Assembly: GCF_009914755.1 (NCBI RefSeq)
Contig: NC_060925.1
Origin: the human T2T-CHM13v2.0 reference genome, Homo sapiens
Strand: one strand, 5' to 3'
DNA: 64,000 nucleotides
The notes below the pieces were generated by a model, which made no database searches, was not told the DNA's origin, and saw only the letters and a program-made list of their open reading frames with translations. The translations under genes were made by a program, and so were the position numbers. This document shows, one piece after another, positions 62,848 to 64,000 of the stretch (position 1 is the first letter of the stretch; each line of letters starts with the position of its first letter).

Positions 62848-64000
62848 TCAAAGTTTATTTAACCAACCAATATAAAAATAAAAGTTTGATCTGTTATGCA
62901 ATTATAAACGTTTATAATATAACATATTATTTTATTAATTTATTTGATGAACCATAGTAAAAGCTCATAAGCAGGGTCGAGAGGCAGAAGTTATATTCTC
63001 AAGATTTTATGCTTCAGAATATTAACTAAGGGGGCTTCTGCCTCTGACAAAGATGGTATAACCGGAACCAGATTTGGCCTTCCACAAGAAACAACGAAAA
63101 ACCCTGAAAAAAAAAAAGGGAGAAAAAATGGTTTTTAAGACAATGAATATTAAGCAAGTAAAAATGGTAATCTTTCAAAGGTGAAAACTAACTGAGGTGA
63201 GCTTATGATTGTCCCATTTTACCGTCTGAAGGAATTTCTCATGTTGCAGCTTTGTGAGAGGAATCTAACACCTGCAGAATTCTTTCAACTTTGCCATGTT
63301 CTATTGGCTAGACACAAGTCACAGAATCTTACCCATAAAACAAAGGCAGAAGGTTATACAAGGGAAGAGCATCAGGAGGTGGGAATTTTAGAGGTCACCC
63401 TAAAGTTTGTCTGCTACAATTATAAAAAATTTCATGTCTTTAATTGAAAAACTTAGATAAAATGGAAAATTTCTTTAAAAAGCTATGCACCTTAGGACAA
63501 TTATGTAATTATTGAGACCAATAATCACATAGTCACATTATGAAAAGTATTTATTACATGCTGTTCATGATACTGTAATTTATTTCGGCTTTTCAAGTAG
63601 AAAACTGTTGTCTGCAGCAAGGCTCTTTAAAGAAAGATTTTTCCCTAATGTTTAAATCATGTTATTGAGAATAGCCAAATACAATAGGAAGACCAAATAT
63701 CCTTCAACAGACGAATGAATAAACAAATTGGAATATCCATACAACAGAACAGTATTTAAGCAATAAAAACAGAACTAACAACTACATGCAACAACATGGA
63801 TTAATCTCAAAATAATTATGTAAGTGAAAGAAGCACAGCCAAGGAATCAACCAATGCACCAAGTGAAAAAAGAAGCATGAAATCTAGACTTAATGTTTCT
63901 TTCCTCTCTCTGATCCTGGCACCCAAAGGCCTGGCTATCCTAGTCACTTTCTACTGCATTTAAAAAACTTTTTAAAAATGTTTAATTAATATTCAGCATT

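Overview
This is AT-rich primate (human-like) genomic DNA, mostly interspersed repeats, with no intact host protein-coding gene and no prokaryotic systems (no CRISPR, tRNA or rRNA). The well-supported content includes a full-length L1PA4-like element with an intact 338-aa ORF1 and a dead ORF2 (53740-59881). It also includes a four-level nest of old L1M > THE1/MST LTR > deleted class I ERV > AluY, and a full-length Tigger1 holding a 5'-inverted 3'UTR-only retrocopy that I recall as HNRNPA3. There is an ERV-L pro/pol relic, many Alu/L1/L2/MIR/MaLR fragments, and a near-perfect 77-nt hairpin. The most interesting signal is an inference made by eye. The non-repeat islands carry minus-strand, splice-flanked fragments that translate in collinear order to FN2-like, LDLa-like, LRR-cap-like and LRR-like motifs with stops and frameshifts. 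This suggests a decayed multi-exon LDLa-LRR receptor gene (RXFP/GRL101-type ectodomain) spread across the window. Repeat subfamily names and the HNRNPA3 assignment come from memory of consensus sequences and need RepeatMasker/BLAT confirmation. Boundaries of old repeats are approximate.
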